Below, one piece after another: positions 8,923-17,905 of a DNA stretch of 64,000 bases. The position numbers and the translations under genes are program-made. This DNA comes from a virus (taxonomy: Duplodnaviria; Caudoviricetes), in the IMG/VR virus record IMGVR_UViG_3300005532_000244, positions 1,365-65,364 of that record; one strand, 5' to 3'. The stretch's first letter is position 1. Every line of letters starts with the position of its first letter. The notes below the pieces were generated by a model. It was not told the origin of the DNA, ran no database searches, and was given only the letters and a program-made list of their open reading frames with translations.

Positions 8923-9336
8923 ATGATTCCGACGCGCGTAGGTCACCTCGGACGCTGGGCGACCGCGTTCGCCGCCGCCCTCCTCGCTGCCGGCTGCGGC
9001 GGCCGCGCCTCCATGAGCCCAAGCGAGATCGCATCCACGATCCGCGCCCACACGAGTCCGGCGTTCGTCTTCCGCGATCGCAGCGTGCGCTGCAGCTCCT
9101 ACGCGACCGGACACTGCCCGCGGTTCGCGCTCCGCGGCGTCCAGTGCGCAACCGGCCAGCCGCTCCGGTGCGACCTCCGCTACCTGCTCGTCAACGATCC
9201 CACCGCGAAGGACTCGCACCTGACGGTCGTAGTCGGCGTGACCGAGAAAGGCCACTCGGTGACCTGGAAGCAGGTCGGCGAGCGCTGCGATGAGGCGGGT
9301 GTGCCGCTTAACTGCAGCCTCGTGCTCTACACGTAG
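8923..9336 (+). CDS. Lipoprotein (candidate superinfection-exclusion protein)
   Basis: Lipobox LAAGC after hydrophobic stretch; six further Cys; downstream of repressor. Confidence 0.65.
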   Translation: MIPTRVGHLGRWATAFAAALLAAGCGGRASMSPSEIASTIRAHTSPAFVFRDRSVRCSSYATGHCPRFALRGVQCATGQPLRCDLRYLLVNDPTAKDSHLTVVVGVTEKGHSVTWKQVGERCDEAGVPLNCSLVLYT

Positions 9337-9396
9337 AGCACGCTGCACGGTTCGCAAGCTGGCGTCATCCGATGCCAGCAGGCAGAATCCCTGCAA

Positions 9397-9606
9397 ATGA
9401 CCGGGTCTTCGGAGGGGGAACGCGGCGACCTTCCCGACGGGGCAGCACCTCTCGTCGACCTCGCCGCCCGCTGGATGCGCGACGCCGGCCTGCTCGGCCC
9501 GCTCCCGGGCGCGTCGATCGAGTTCACCTTCGACAAGGACGGCCGGGTATCAGGCTACTTCGCGAAGACCCGCGGCGGCCGCCACGACCTCGAGCCCGCA
9601 CGGTGA
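9397..9606 (+). CDS. Hypothetical protein
   Basis: ORF coupled (GTGA) to next gene. Confidence 0.45.
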   Translation: MTGSSEGERGDLPDGAAPLVDLAARWMRDAGLLGPLPGASIEFTFDKDGRVSGYFAKTRGGRHDLEPAR

Positions 9607-9821
9607 TCCGGCTCGAGCTGCTCGGCGTCGGCTGGGGAGTCACCCACCTCGACACCCCCGCCGGCCCCGTGAAGATGCTGTCCCTCGTCGACCAGCAGTC
9701 CGGCATCGAGGTCAGGGCCCCATTCGACGAGCAGCCCGCGAAGGAACTCGCCGCGGCGCTCGGCGCGCAGAACATCGTGATCGCCCGCGATGTGCCGCCG
9801 CCGCTGAACGGCAAAGCCTAG
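9603..9821 (+). CDS. Hypothetical protein
   Basis: VIRLELLGVGWGVTHLDTPAG...; GC3-rich codons. Confidence 0.6.
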   Translation: MIRLELLGVGWGVTHLDTPAGPVKMLSLVDQQSGIEVRAPFDEQPAKELAAALGAQNIVIARDVPPPLNGKA

Positions 9822-10222
9822 TCCGTACCACTCGCAAAGATGGGCGGATCGGCCCATTGCGGTGCATGCACCGTGCAGGCACGCTTGCCGTCCCCTTGGC
9901 GCCGCGTGCGCACCGGGCTCGCCGAGCTCGTGCGAACGACCCCCTGACCGCTGCCCGACCCTCACGGGTCCCCGAGAAGCGTCATCCCTTGGCGGCCACC
10001 CCGCCCTACCTCGGCGATCGGTGCTGGACGCCCATTCTGCCCAACCTCGTCGGCGAGCGAAACCCCGTGGATAGCCCACGTCTTGACCGACCGCGCGGGG
10101 CCCGTAAAGTGCGGCGTATACCTCGCGTTTAGGTCTTTCGCCGCCGAGGGCCTCGTCCGCCGAGCGCGATAGTGTCACGCAAAGACTAACGCTTTCGCTA
10201 CTTATCCGACAGGAACGAGGCC

Positions 10223-10816
10223 GTGGCCCGCGAGGGTGTCTATCACCTCACGCAGTCGAAACCTATGCGCCTCCCGGACAGGCTCACCCGGGAAGAGGCG
10301 CGTGCGCTGCTCGCGGCGCCGAACCTGCGCTACAAGACGCCGCGCCGCAATCGCGCGATGATGCGGCTCCTCTACCGCGGCGGCCTCCGGTGCGCGGAGC
10401 TGTGCGATCTTCGGATGCGCGACATCGACTTCAGCGACGGCCGCGTCAAGATCGTCGAGGGCAAGGGCAAGCGCGATCGCGTCGTCTGGGTCGACAAGGA
10501 GACGCTCGAGATCCTCCGCGGGTGGAAGCTCGAGCGGTGGGCCGGCCCGACGTTCTTCACCACGCGCACCGGCACCCCAGTCCAGACGTCTGAGGTGCGC
10601 CGGATGGTGAAGCGGTACGGGCTGAGGGCCGGCATCGATCGTGACTGCCATCCCCATCTCCTGCGACACACGTTCGCCACCGAGCTGCTTGAGGACGGCT
10701 TCTCGATCATCGAGGTGCAGAAACTCCTCGGGCACGCGCACATCTCGACGACGGCGATCTACCTGCACGTGGCTGACGAGAAGCTCGCCTCCCGGCTGCG
10801 CGACCGCATCGACTGA
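10223..10816 (+). CDS. Small tyrosine recombinase (catalytic domain only; FimB/ResD-like size)
   Basis: GLRCAE, GKGKRDR, HPHLLRHTFA, LLGHAHISTTAIY in 197 aa. Confidence 0.92.
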   Translation: MAREGVYHLTQSKPMRLPDRLTREEARALLAAPNLRYKTPRRNRAMMRLLYRGGLRCAELCDLRMRDIDFSDGRVKIVEGKGKRDRVVWVDKETLEILRGWKLERWAGPTFFTTRTGTPVQTSEVRRMVKRYGLRAGIDRDCHPHLLRHTFATELLEDGFSIIEVQKLLGHAHISTTAIYLHVADEKLASRLRDRID

Positions 10817-11068
10817 GACCTTCACCCGAGGTTGAGGAAAGGTGATCTAGAGTCGGCGGATCCGGGTCGGCCGGATGAGGTAGTAGCTGCCGCGCCAGCA
10901 GACCATGCCGGACGGGTAGCGGCGAACGACCACGGCGTGACGATAGCGCTGTGGCGCGCTAGCATCCGGGCAGTCCTTGTCGGGGACCGGTGACGGTCGG
11001 CCGGGGCAACCAATCCGCGATCTCGGAGGTTGCCGCCGTTGTTCCGCCGTCTCCGCAGGACGATCTGA

Positions 11069-11341
11069 GTGGCCGCGTCGAAGGAACGCCGCCGCCGCCG
11101 GTACGACCGTCGCATGGAGTCGATCCGCGCGAGCGGGCTCGGATCGGACAAACGCGCTGTCGCTGAGGCTGACCGCACCGATCGGTTCCGCCGGCTGCAG
11201 CGCCTCCAGGAGCTGAACGAGCTCGAGGCCGAGCGGCAGAAGCGGATCGGGAACGTGGAGGCGTGGGCGGCTGAGCAGCGGCGGAAGATCCACGCGAAGT
11301 ACGAGGGGCGGCTGACGGTCGACCACGCGGAGGAGGCGTGA
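11069..11341 (+). CDS. Hypothetical basic coiled-coil protein
   Basis: ORF at the start of a coupled rightward series. Confidence 0.55.
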   Translation: MAASKERRRRRYDRRMESIRASGLGSDKRAVAEADRTDRFRRLQRLQELNELEAERQKRIGNVEAWAAEQRRKIHAKYEGRLTVDHAEEA

Positions 11342-11342
11342 C

Positions 11343-11585
11343 GTGCCGGCTCTTGAGCGTCTCGGCGAGAGCAAAGCCGGGCCCGGCTACCTGCTGCTCG
11401 AGATGCTCGCGCTCTCGGACTGGTCGATCGTCGTGAACGCGCACCCGGACGGCGTGCTCGTGTCCGCGTCGAAGCTCGGCCGGCGAACGGTGGCGATTCC
11501 GGGGCCGTCGGTGGCGGAGGTCGCGTCGACGGTCGTGACGCGCGCGGTTGATCAGGACAGGGAGGCGCGACGACATGGCGACTAA
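11343..11585 (+). CDS. Hypothetical protein
   Basis: GGAGG RBS, coupled. Confidence 0.55.
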   Translation: MPALERLGESKAGPGYLLLEMLALSDWSIVVNAHPDGVLVSASKLGRRTVAIPGPSVAEVASTVVTRAVDQDREARRHGD

Positions 11586-12060
11586 GCGCCTGTTCGCCGA
11601 GGCCGCAGTGCAAGCCGCGAACGACGCCGGCTGCATCTTCTACAGCGATCCCGCGACGCTGAACGAGAAGTACATCGACCCGCTGCTACGCGACGCGGTC
11701 AGCCGGATCAACCAGAGCGGATGGGTCTGGACCGCCGAGTCATGCCAGGGCCACCCCGACTTCGACGGCCGCACCATCAAGACGGCCTGGGAGCACAACA
11801 CGAGACCGATGCTCAGGCTCGTCTGCCGCATCGCGCATGCCGGGCAGATGCTCGCCTCGCTCGCGCTCGCGGCGACCTACCAGTTCGAAGACGACGCCGA
11901 TACCGGGTTCTCGAGCGCACGCATGACGCAGGGCCTCGAGCTGTGGCCGCACACGCGTCGGGACGGCTGGTTCGAGGTCTTGGCCTACTTCGAAGCCGGG
12001 AACGTCGCGATGCGCGACATCGGCTGCAAACGCTTCGAGAAGTTCGCGGATCTGCTGTGA
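11575..12060 (+). CDS. Protein with TYW3-like N-terminal motif
   Basis: IDPLLRDAVSRINQSGWVWTAESCQGH; GGAGG RBS. Confidence 0.6.
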   Translation: MATKRLFAEAAVQAANDAGCIFYSDPATLNEKYIDPLLRDAVSRINQSGWVWTAESCQGHPDFDGRTIKTAWEHNTRPMLRLVCRIAHAGQMLASLALAATYQFEDDADTGFSSARMTQGLELWPHTRRDGWFEVLAYFEAGNVAMRDIGCKRFEKFADLL

Positions 12061-12254
12061 GCATCGATCCGCACCGGCCGCCGCTCGTCGGCGCGATGCC
12101 CGAGATCTCACGCGCGATCCGCAGCTGCCGACTCCACGACGCGCTCTGCCTCCTCCGCGAACACATGGACGACGGTCTCGCGCGGGTCGCGCTCGCCGCG
12201 CTCGTCGACACCGAACCGTCCCGAATCCGGATGGCGGCACGGGTGGTGCTGTGA
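12057..12254 (+). CDS. Hypothetical protein
   Basis: GTGA-coupled on both sides. Confidence 0.45.
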   Translation: MSIDPHRPPLVGAMPEISRAIRSCRLHDALCLLREHMDDGLARVALAALVDTEPSRIRMAARVVL

Positions 12255-12796
12255 AACCGCTGGCGCTCGAGCGGCTCCGCGCCGCCGCCGAGGGGCTCAC
12301 CGTCGAAGAAGACGCGGCCGCCGCGCATCGCAGCACCGTGACGGTCTCGTACTGGCGGAGGAAAGCCGTCGACGATCTCGGTGCTCGCAACCTCTACCAC
12401 GCGATCGCGCTTGCCTACGAGCGCGGCATCCTCGGTGCTCCCGTCGAGCCAGTCGAGCCAGTCGAGCCATCGGAGCCACCCGTCGCGCTCGATGACGAGC
12501 CGGATGACGAGTGCGAGCTGACCACAACCATCGTGCTCGACGGCACGCCGATCGCGCACTACCGTGCGCGCGGGGCGTTCGCCCTCGTCCACGACCGGTC
12601 CCGCCCACGCCGGCCGCCGCGGCTCCGCCGCGTCGAGATCTCCGAGCTCGACACCGCCTTCTGCCAAGGCCGCGGCTGTGACCGCGAGCTCTCGAGCGAA
12701 GACCGCCGCGCCGGCGACGGCCTCTGCGGCGGCTGCCGCCGCGCCGAGACGCTACCCGCCCAGGTCCGCGCACAACTCGCGGGGTCGGACGAGTGA
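12251..12796 (+). CDS. LuxR/GerE-like HTH protein with C-terminal Cys motif
   Basis: AAEGLTVEE...LGARNLYHAIALAYERGIL; CQGRGC..LCGGC. Confidence 0.7.
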   Translation: MKPLALERLRAAAEGLTVEEDAAAAHRSTVTVSYWRRKAVDDLGARNLYHAIALAYERGILGAPVEPVEPVEPSEPPVALDDEPDDECELTTTIVLDGTPIAHYRARGAFALVHDRSRPRRPPRLRRVEISELDTAFCQGRGCDRELSSEDRRAGDGLCGGCRRAETLPAQVRAQLAGSDE

Positions 12797-13011
12797 ACCC
12801 CACCGTGCTCCGCGGCCAGCCGCTCACCGGCCGCGAGTTCCAAGTCCTCGCCCAGATCGCGAACGGCTGGCGCAACCACGAGATCGCCGCCGCGCTCGAG
12901 CTCTCGGAGGAGACGATCAAAAGCCACCTCCGGCATATCCTCGTGAAGCTCGGCGCGAACAACCGCGCGCACGCGGTCGCGATCGGGTTCAGGCAAGGGC
13001 TGCTCGCCTGA
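12793..13011 (+). CDS. Stand-alone LuxR/GerE HTH regulator
   Basis: LTGREFQVLAQIANGWRNHEIAAALELSEETIKSHLRHILVKLGANNRAHAV. Confidence 0.92.
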   Translation: MNPTVLRGQPLTGREFQVLAQIANGWRNHEIAAALELSEETIKSHLRHILVKLGANNRAHAVAIGFRQGLLA

Positions 13012-13014
13012 CCG

Positions 13015-13251
13015 GTGGCATCAGCGCACTGGCACTCGAGCGTCCCGCCGCAGCTCCGCGAGCTCTGCGAGGCCGCCTGCGGACACGCCCCACGACAGCT
13101 GATGGCGTTACAGCTGAAGTCGCACGGATACGGGCCGACCGCGATCGGCCGCACCCTGGGTGTGACGGAGAAGGCGGCGCGCGGCCTGTTGGACCGGGCG
13201 GAGCTGAACGTCCGGCAAGAGCAGGCGGCGCGGTCCGGCATCAGGTCGTGA
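13015..13251 (+). CDS. Sigma-70 region-4-like HTH protein
   Basis: RQLMALQLKSHGYGPTAIGRTLGVTEKAARGLLDRA. Confidence 0.7.
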   Translation: MASAHWHSSVPPQLRELCEAACGHAPRQLMALQLKSHGYGPTAIGRTLGVTEKAARGLLDRAELNVRQEQAARSGIRS

Positions 13252-13625
13252 CCTGCTCCTCGTCTTGCGATGGTCGCTGCTGCGCGGTCTTCTGCCTGCC
13301 GCACACGATCCGCCAGCTACGACAGAAGGCCGCCGCCGGCGCGCTCGAGGACGGCGCGTTCATCGCCGCGATGGTCATCCCGCTCACGCCGAACCAGGCG
13401 CGCGAGCGAGCCGCCGAGTTCGGCACCAAGCTCGAAGCTCGATGGGAGCACCGCGGCCACCACTTCGCCTGCCGGCACTGGGACGAGGAGACGCGGCTCT
13501 GCACGGTGTACGAGCAGCGACCGACGATGTGCCGCGACTTCCCGTACGGGCGCGGCTGCCACAACGAGGGGTGCAGCTTCGAGGTACCGGAGACTGAGCT
13601 CTCGCGCGTCTATACGAAGGAGTGA
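13248..13625 (+). CDS. YkgJ-family cysteine-cluster protein
   Basis: CSSSCDGRCC...CRHWDEETRLCTVYEQRPTMCRDFP. Confidence 0.85.
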   Translation: MTCSSSCDGRCCAVFCLPHTIRQLRQKAAAGALEDGAFIAAMVIPLTPNQARERAAEFGTKLEARWEHRGHHFACRHWDEETRLCTVYEQRPTMCRDFPYGRGCHNEGCSFEVPETELSRVYTKE

Positions 13626-13933
13626 TCATCGCGCGCCGCCGCTCGCCGCTCTGGGATCTCCCGCTCGGCCAGGATCCGCTCTCACGGTTCCTCAAGCAGC
13701 GGCGATCCGAAGAGCACTCACGCCAGATGCTGATCCAGATCGCCCGCGAAACCGGCGTCGACCTCCCGCCGGTGAAGCAGCACAAGATCGGCGACCCGAA
13801 AGCGTTGCGCGGCATCCCGGTGACCGGTGTGCCGGGCGGGATCGGCGGCACGATCGCCGACACGCAGCCCGAGCGCGCGACGATCGCTAAAGACGAACGC
13901 CGCCGCCGCCGATACGATCAGCCGGACGGGTAG
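13622..13933 (+). CDS. Hypothetical protein
   Basis: AAGGAG RBS, GTGA coupling. Confidence 0.5.
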   Translation: MIIARRRSPLWDLPLGQDPLSRFLKQRRSEEHSRQMLIQIARETGVDLPPVKQHKIGDPKALRGIPVTGVPGGIGGTIADTQPERATIAKDERRRRRYDQPDG

Positions 13934-13962
13934 TCCGCCCGTCCGTTCGCAGAGTCCGAGAT

Positions 13963-13986
13963 GCGCCCGCGTTCAGCGGGCGTTTC
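13963..13986 (+). terminator. Hairpin upstream of terS (terminator-like)
   Basis: GCGCCCGC-GTTCA-GCGGGCGT followed by TT. Confidence 0.4.
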
Positions 13987-14027
13987 GCGCTAACGGGCTC
14001 ATCTCTGGATAGCCACTGGATATCCGC

Positions 14028-14510
14028 ATGGCGCTGACCGCGAAGCAGCAGGCGTTCGTCGACGAGTACCTCGTCACCCTCAACGCCTCAGACGCCGCAC
14101 GCAAAGCCGGCTACAGCGCGAAAACTGCCGCGCAGATGGGCCACAAGCTGCTCGCCGACCCGGAGGTCGCCGCCGCGATCGAGACGGCGAAGCAGGCGCG
14201 CAGCGAACGCACCCAGATCAGCCAGGACAGGGTGCTCGAAGAGCTCGCCGCGGTCGCGTTCTCCGATGTCCGCGACTACGTCGCCTGGGACGGCACCACA
14301 GTGATGCTGAAAGCATCGCCCGACCTCGCTGACGCTCGCGCGGTCGCCTCCGTGGCCGGAGACGGCGAGAAGGCGACGCTGCGGATGCACGACAAGATCC
14401 GGGCGCTCGAGATCCTCGGCAAACACGTCGGCCTCTTCAAGGAACAAAGCCCGTTCGGCGACGGCCCGATCAGCGTCGAGGTGATCTGGCCCGAACAAGC
14501 CGGCGAGTGA
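14028..14510 (+). CDS. terS: Terminase small subunit
   Basis: LTAKQQAFVDEYLVTLNASDAARKAGYSAKTA...DKIRALEILGKHVGLF. Confidence 0.93.
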   Translation: MALTAKQQAFVDEYLVTLNASDAARKAGYSAKTAAQMGHKLLADPEVAAAIETAKQARSERTQISQDRVLEELAAVAFSDVRDYVAWDGTTVMLKASPDLADARAVASVAGDGEKATLRMHDKIRALEILGKHVGLFKEQSPFGDGPISVEVIWPEQAGE

Positions 14511-14576
14511 GCTTCGAAGGCCCCGACCGGTGGCGCGACGAGGACTACTGGCCGCCGTTCCATGACTCCTACACCG

Positions 14577-14735
14577 ATGCTGACCCTCAGCCCAGCCGCG
14601 GCCGCGGTCTCGATCGCCGCGATCCTGCTGCTGCTCGCGTTCGCGAACATGATCCTCTACGGCCACTGCTGCCCCGGCTGCGGCGGACGCCGCGAGCACC
14701 ACGCCGACTGCCCGCTCCACAAAGACGAATCGTGA
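14577..14735 (+). CDS. Small membrane protein with Cys/His motif
   Basis: Hand translation MLTLSPAAAAVSIAAILLLLAFANMILYGHCCPGCGGRREHHADCPLH. Confidence 0.5.
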   Translation: MLTLSPAAAAVSIAAILLLLAFANMILYGHCCPGCGGRREHHADCPLHKDES

Positions 14736-15460
14736 GAGCGCTCGCCATTGCGGCCGGCGTGTTCGCGCTGATCGCCTGCACCGGCGCCCACGCCGCGACC
14801 GGCACGCGAACGATCTACGTGACCAACGGGTCGACGATGGTCACCGACGCCGAGCTCGCGGACGCGCTGCCCGCCTTCCAGCAGGCGCTCGATCAGGACT
14901 TCGCACCCGAGTGGGGCGCCGACGCGACGCTCGTGCAGCTGCCCGCAGGCGCCACCGTCCCGGCGGGCGGATGGTCGATCGCGATCAGCGACGAGCCAGA
15001 CGTGTTCGGCGCGGCCGGCTACCACGACATCGGTGCCGGGCATGTGCCGTTCGCGAGGGTGTTCGCGGACACCGGGCTCGAGTGGCAGGTCACTTTCACG
15101 CACGAGCTCTGGGAGATGCTCGCCGACCCGTACTGCGACCGGACCGCGTCACCGGCGAAACTCGGCGAGCACACGAAAGCCGGGCAGGCGCTGTACGCGC
15201 TCGAGGTCGCAGACCCGGTCGAGGACCAGTCGTTCGCGTATTCGCGGCCGGGCGCGGACGGTGCGCCGGTGCCGATCTCCGATTTCGTGACCGAACGGTG
15301 GTTCGACGGTGAGGGCGGCGGCCGCTTCGATTTCGCCGGCCATGTGAAGCATGCGCTGCAGATCCTGACGAACGGCTACATCACCGAGTACACCGGCGGC
15401 GGCTGGACACGGCTGCCGATCTTCTACCGGTTGCCGTTCGACCGGTTGCCGGTCCGCTGA
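14732..15460 (+). CDS. Secreted putative metallopeptidase (HExxE)
   Basis: Signal peptide; AAGYHD, THELWEMLADP, EVADPVE. Confidence 0.7.
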   Translation: MRALAIAAGVFALIACTGAHAATGTRTIYVTNGSTMVTDAELADALPAFQQALDQDFAPEWGADATLVQLPAGATVPAGGWSIAISDEPDVFGAAGYHDIGAGHVPFARVFADTGLEWQVTFTHELWEMLADPYCDRTASPAKLGEHTKAGQALYALEVADPVEDQSFAYSRPGADGAPVPISDFVTERWFDGEGGGRFDFAGHVKHALQILTNGYITEYTGGGWTRLPIFYRLPFDRLPVR

Positions 15461-15657
15461 TGTACGAGTGCGCACGCTACGCGGCCGCCGGTGTCGGCTA
15501 CGCGGAGGCGTGGCGGATCATGGCCGAACGGTGCGAGGTGCCGCCGTCGCTCGAGGTGTTCGACCACGTGCTGACGATGCTGCGGGGGCAGACCAGGCTG
15601 CTCGTCGCGCCGGAGTGGCTCGCCCAGAAGATCGCCCAGTCGTACGTGCGGCAGTGA
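15460..15657 (+). CDS. Hypothetical protein
   Basis: TGATG coupling. Confidence 0.5.
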   Translation: MYECARYAAAGVGYAEAWRIMAERCEVPPSLEVFDHVLTMLRGQTRLLVAPEWLAQKIAQSYVRQ

Positions 15658-15661
15658 GCAC

Positions 15662-15859
15662 GTGGATCGCCGACGCCGCCACGAAGCCCGCGACTACGAG
15701 TACGGCGACAACCTGCCCGTCTATCGCGGCGACATCAGCGCGATCCAGCACCCGTTCGACCTGACCGACGACCAGATCGAGCAGGTCGAGAGCGAGCTCG
15801 CCGAGAAGCTCGCGAAGAAGCGACCGCCGGGGTTCGCGCCCTGGCCCGACGAGACGTGA
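15662..15859 (+). CDS. Hypothetical protein
   Basis: ORF track; coupled to next gene. Confidence 0.5.
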   Translation: MDRRRRHEARDYEYGDNLPVYRGDISAIQHPFDLTDDQIEQVESELAEKLAKKRPPGFAPWPDET

Positions 15860-16005
15860 AGAAGCCCGCTGGCAAGCACTACATCGCCGAGGATCTGGCC
15901 GAGCTGACCGACGAGCTCGGCGACGACGTCGAGCACTGGATCCTCGCCGCCCTCGACTGGGACGAGCTTGCCCAAGCGATCGAGACCTGGTCGAAAACAC
16001 TGTGA
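15856..16005 (+). CDS. Hypothetical acidic protein (49 aa)
   Basis: GTGA-coupled to both neighbours. Confidence 0.45.
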   Translation: MKKPAGKHYIAEDLAELTDELGDDVEHWILAALDWDELAQAIETWSKTL

Positions 16006-17411
16006 CCGCGCTCGCCCCCGCCCCCGACCGCACCGTCGACGAGCGCACGCTCACCGTCACGCTGCCGCCGCTGCACGACGGGCAACGGCTGATCGGCCGC
16101 TCCACCGCACGCTTCAAAGTGATCGCCGCCGGCCGCCGCTGGGGCAAAACCCGCCGCTCCGTCCGCCGCGTCGTCGGTGCCGCGCTCACCGACCCGGGCG
16201 GCTACTTCTGGGCCGCACCGACGTTCTCGCTGACGCTCGAGGGCTGGGAGCAGATGTGCTGGCTCGCCGACCAGATCCCCGGCGGCCAGATCCTCAAAGG
16301 GCAACGCAAGGTCACCTTCCCCGGCGGCGGCTGGGTGCAAGCGAAGTCGGCGAACAACCCCAACTCGCTGCGGTCGCGCGGCTTGAAAGGCGTCGTGCTC
16401 GAGGAGGCGGCGTTCATGCACGAAGACGCGTGGCGGCTCGCGATCCGGCCCGCGCTGGCGGACAAGCGCGGCTGGGCGGAGTTCATCTCCACCCCGAACG
16501 GCCACAACTGGTTCTACGAGCTCGCCGAGCGTGCCGGTCTCGCCGAGGTCGAGCGCGGCCGAGGCAACGTCGACGACTCAGGCGTCACCTGGGCGAACGG
16601 CAACGACAGCTGGGCGTACTTCCACGCGCCGACCGCATCGAACCCGTTCATCGCCGAGGCCGAGCTCGAGGAGATGCTCGAAGAGCTCGGCCCGTTCGCC
16701 TACGCGCAGGAGATCGACGCCGACTTCGCAGCCGAAGGCACCCACTCGTTCAGCCCGCAGCACTTCCGCTACTTCACCGTCGCGAATGACGGGTTCGTCT
16801 TGCGGCTCGGCGACGGGTCTAAGCGGTTCGTGCCCGCGGACGAGCCGTGGATGGTGCAGACATACGATCTCGCGTTCAGCGAGAACATGTCGGCGGACTA
16901 CTTCGTCGGGCTGACGATGCTCGTCTGCCGCGACGGCTCACGGCTGATCCTCGACGTCTACAGGGATCACGTCGCCTGGTCGAACCAGCCCGCCGTGATC
17001 GAAGAGCGCTACCTGAACGCGCCCGCGCTGCTCACCGAGCACGGCCACGAGCACGCGAAGCGGCCGGCGCTCGTCGGGGTGGAGAAGGAGTTCCACCAGA
17101 TGTCGGTGATCCAGGAGCTCCGCCGCCGCTCCGGCATCCCTGTCCGGCCGATGGGCACGCTCGGCCGCGACAAGCCGGTGCGTGCGTTGCGGCCGGCGCA
17201 GCTGTACCAGAACGAGAAGATCTTCCACCTCGAGGGGGCAAAGTGGCTGCCCGGCTTCGAGCGTGAACTGTGGGACTTCCCGCTCGGCCGCAACGACGAC
17301 CAGGTCGACGCGCTCGCGTATGCGTGCGAGCTCTCAGATTCGCCGGCGGCGGGGCTGCTCGAGTGGTACCGCCGGAAGGCGGAGCAATCCGATTCGAAGG
17401 AGAACGCCTGA
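16002..17411 (+). CDS. terL: Terminase large subunit
   Basis: Walker A AAGRRWGKT, Walker B VVLEEAA, ISTP motif, C-terminal NDDQVDALAYA. Confidence 0.95.
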   Translation: MTALAPAPDRTVDERTLTVTLPPLHDGQRLIGRSTARFKVIAAGRRWGKTRRSVRRVVGAALTDPGGYFWAAPTFSLTLEGWEQMCWLADQIPGGQILKGQRKVTFPGGGWVQAKSANNPNSLRSRGLKGVVLEEAAFMHEDAWRLAIRPALADKRGWAEFISTPNGHNWFYELAERAGLAEVERGRGNVDDSGVTWANGNDSWAYFHAPTASNPFIAEAELEEMLEELGPFAYAQEIDADFAAEGTHSFSPQHFRYFTVANDGFVLRLGDGSKRFVPADEPWMVQTYDLAFSENMSADYFVGLTMLVCRDGSRLILDVYRDHVAWSNQPAVIEERYLNAPALLTEHGHEHAKRPALVGVEKEFHQMSVIQELRRRSGIPVRPMGTLGRDKPVRALRPAQLYQNEKIFHLEGAKWLPGFERELWDFPLGRNDDQVDALAYACELSDSPAAGLLEWYRRKAEQSDSKENA

Positions 17412-17905
17412 TGGCAAAGCCCACCACCGTCGGCATCGCCGGCACCGGGATCAAGGCGGCCGTCCGCGACCTGTTCGCGATCTACGCGTCGGTCAAGGCG
17501 GTCAAGAACACCGACGGCAACGGCGTCCCGCTCCCCGACGACGGCAGCCTCGCGATCCTCGGCACAGACGCGAACGAGATCGCGCAGATCCTCGACGTCG
17601 AAGGCCAGCCCGTCGCGTCGGCGGCGCCGCTCGGCGCGACCGCCACGTACACGTCGGGGATCTTCCTGACGCAGGGGTTCGCGCGCATCATCGGCTCGGT
17701 CTTCGCGAACGTCGCCGGGACGCTGAACATCGACCAGTCCCCGGACGGGCAGAACTGGGACGCGACCAACACGATCGCGGTCACGGCGGCGACGGCGACA
17801 CCGGTCTCGGTCGAGATCGTCTGCCCGTTCGCGAGGCTGCGCTACGTGAACGGCGCCGGCGCGCAGACGACGTTCCGGCTGAACGCGTTCCTGCGGCGGA
17901 TCTGA
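17411..17905 (+). CDS. Putative virion structural protein (beta-rich)
   Basis: MAKPTTV...GTLNIDQSPDGQNWD...ARLRYVNGAGAQTTFRL. Confidence 0.65.
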   Translation: MAKPTTVGIAGTGIKAAVRDLFAIYASVKAVKNTDGNGVPLPDDGSLAILGTDANEIAQILDVEGQPVASAAPLGATATYTSGIFLTQGFARIIGSVFANVAGTLNIDQSPDGQNWDATNTIAVTAATATPVSVEIVCPFARLRYVNGAGAQTTFRLNAFLRRI

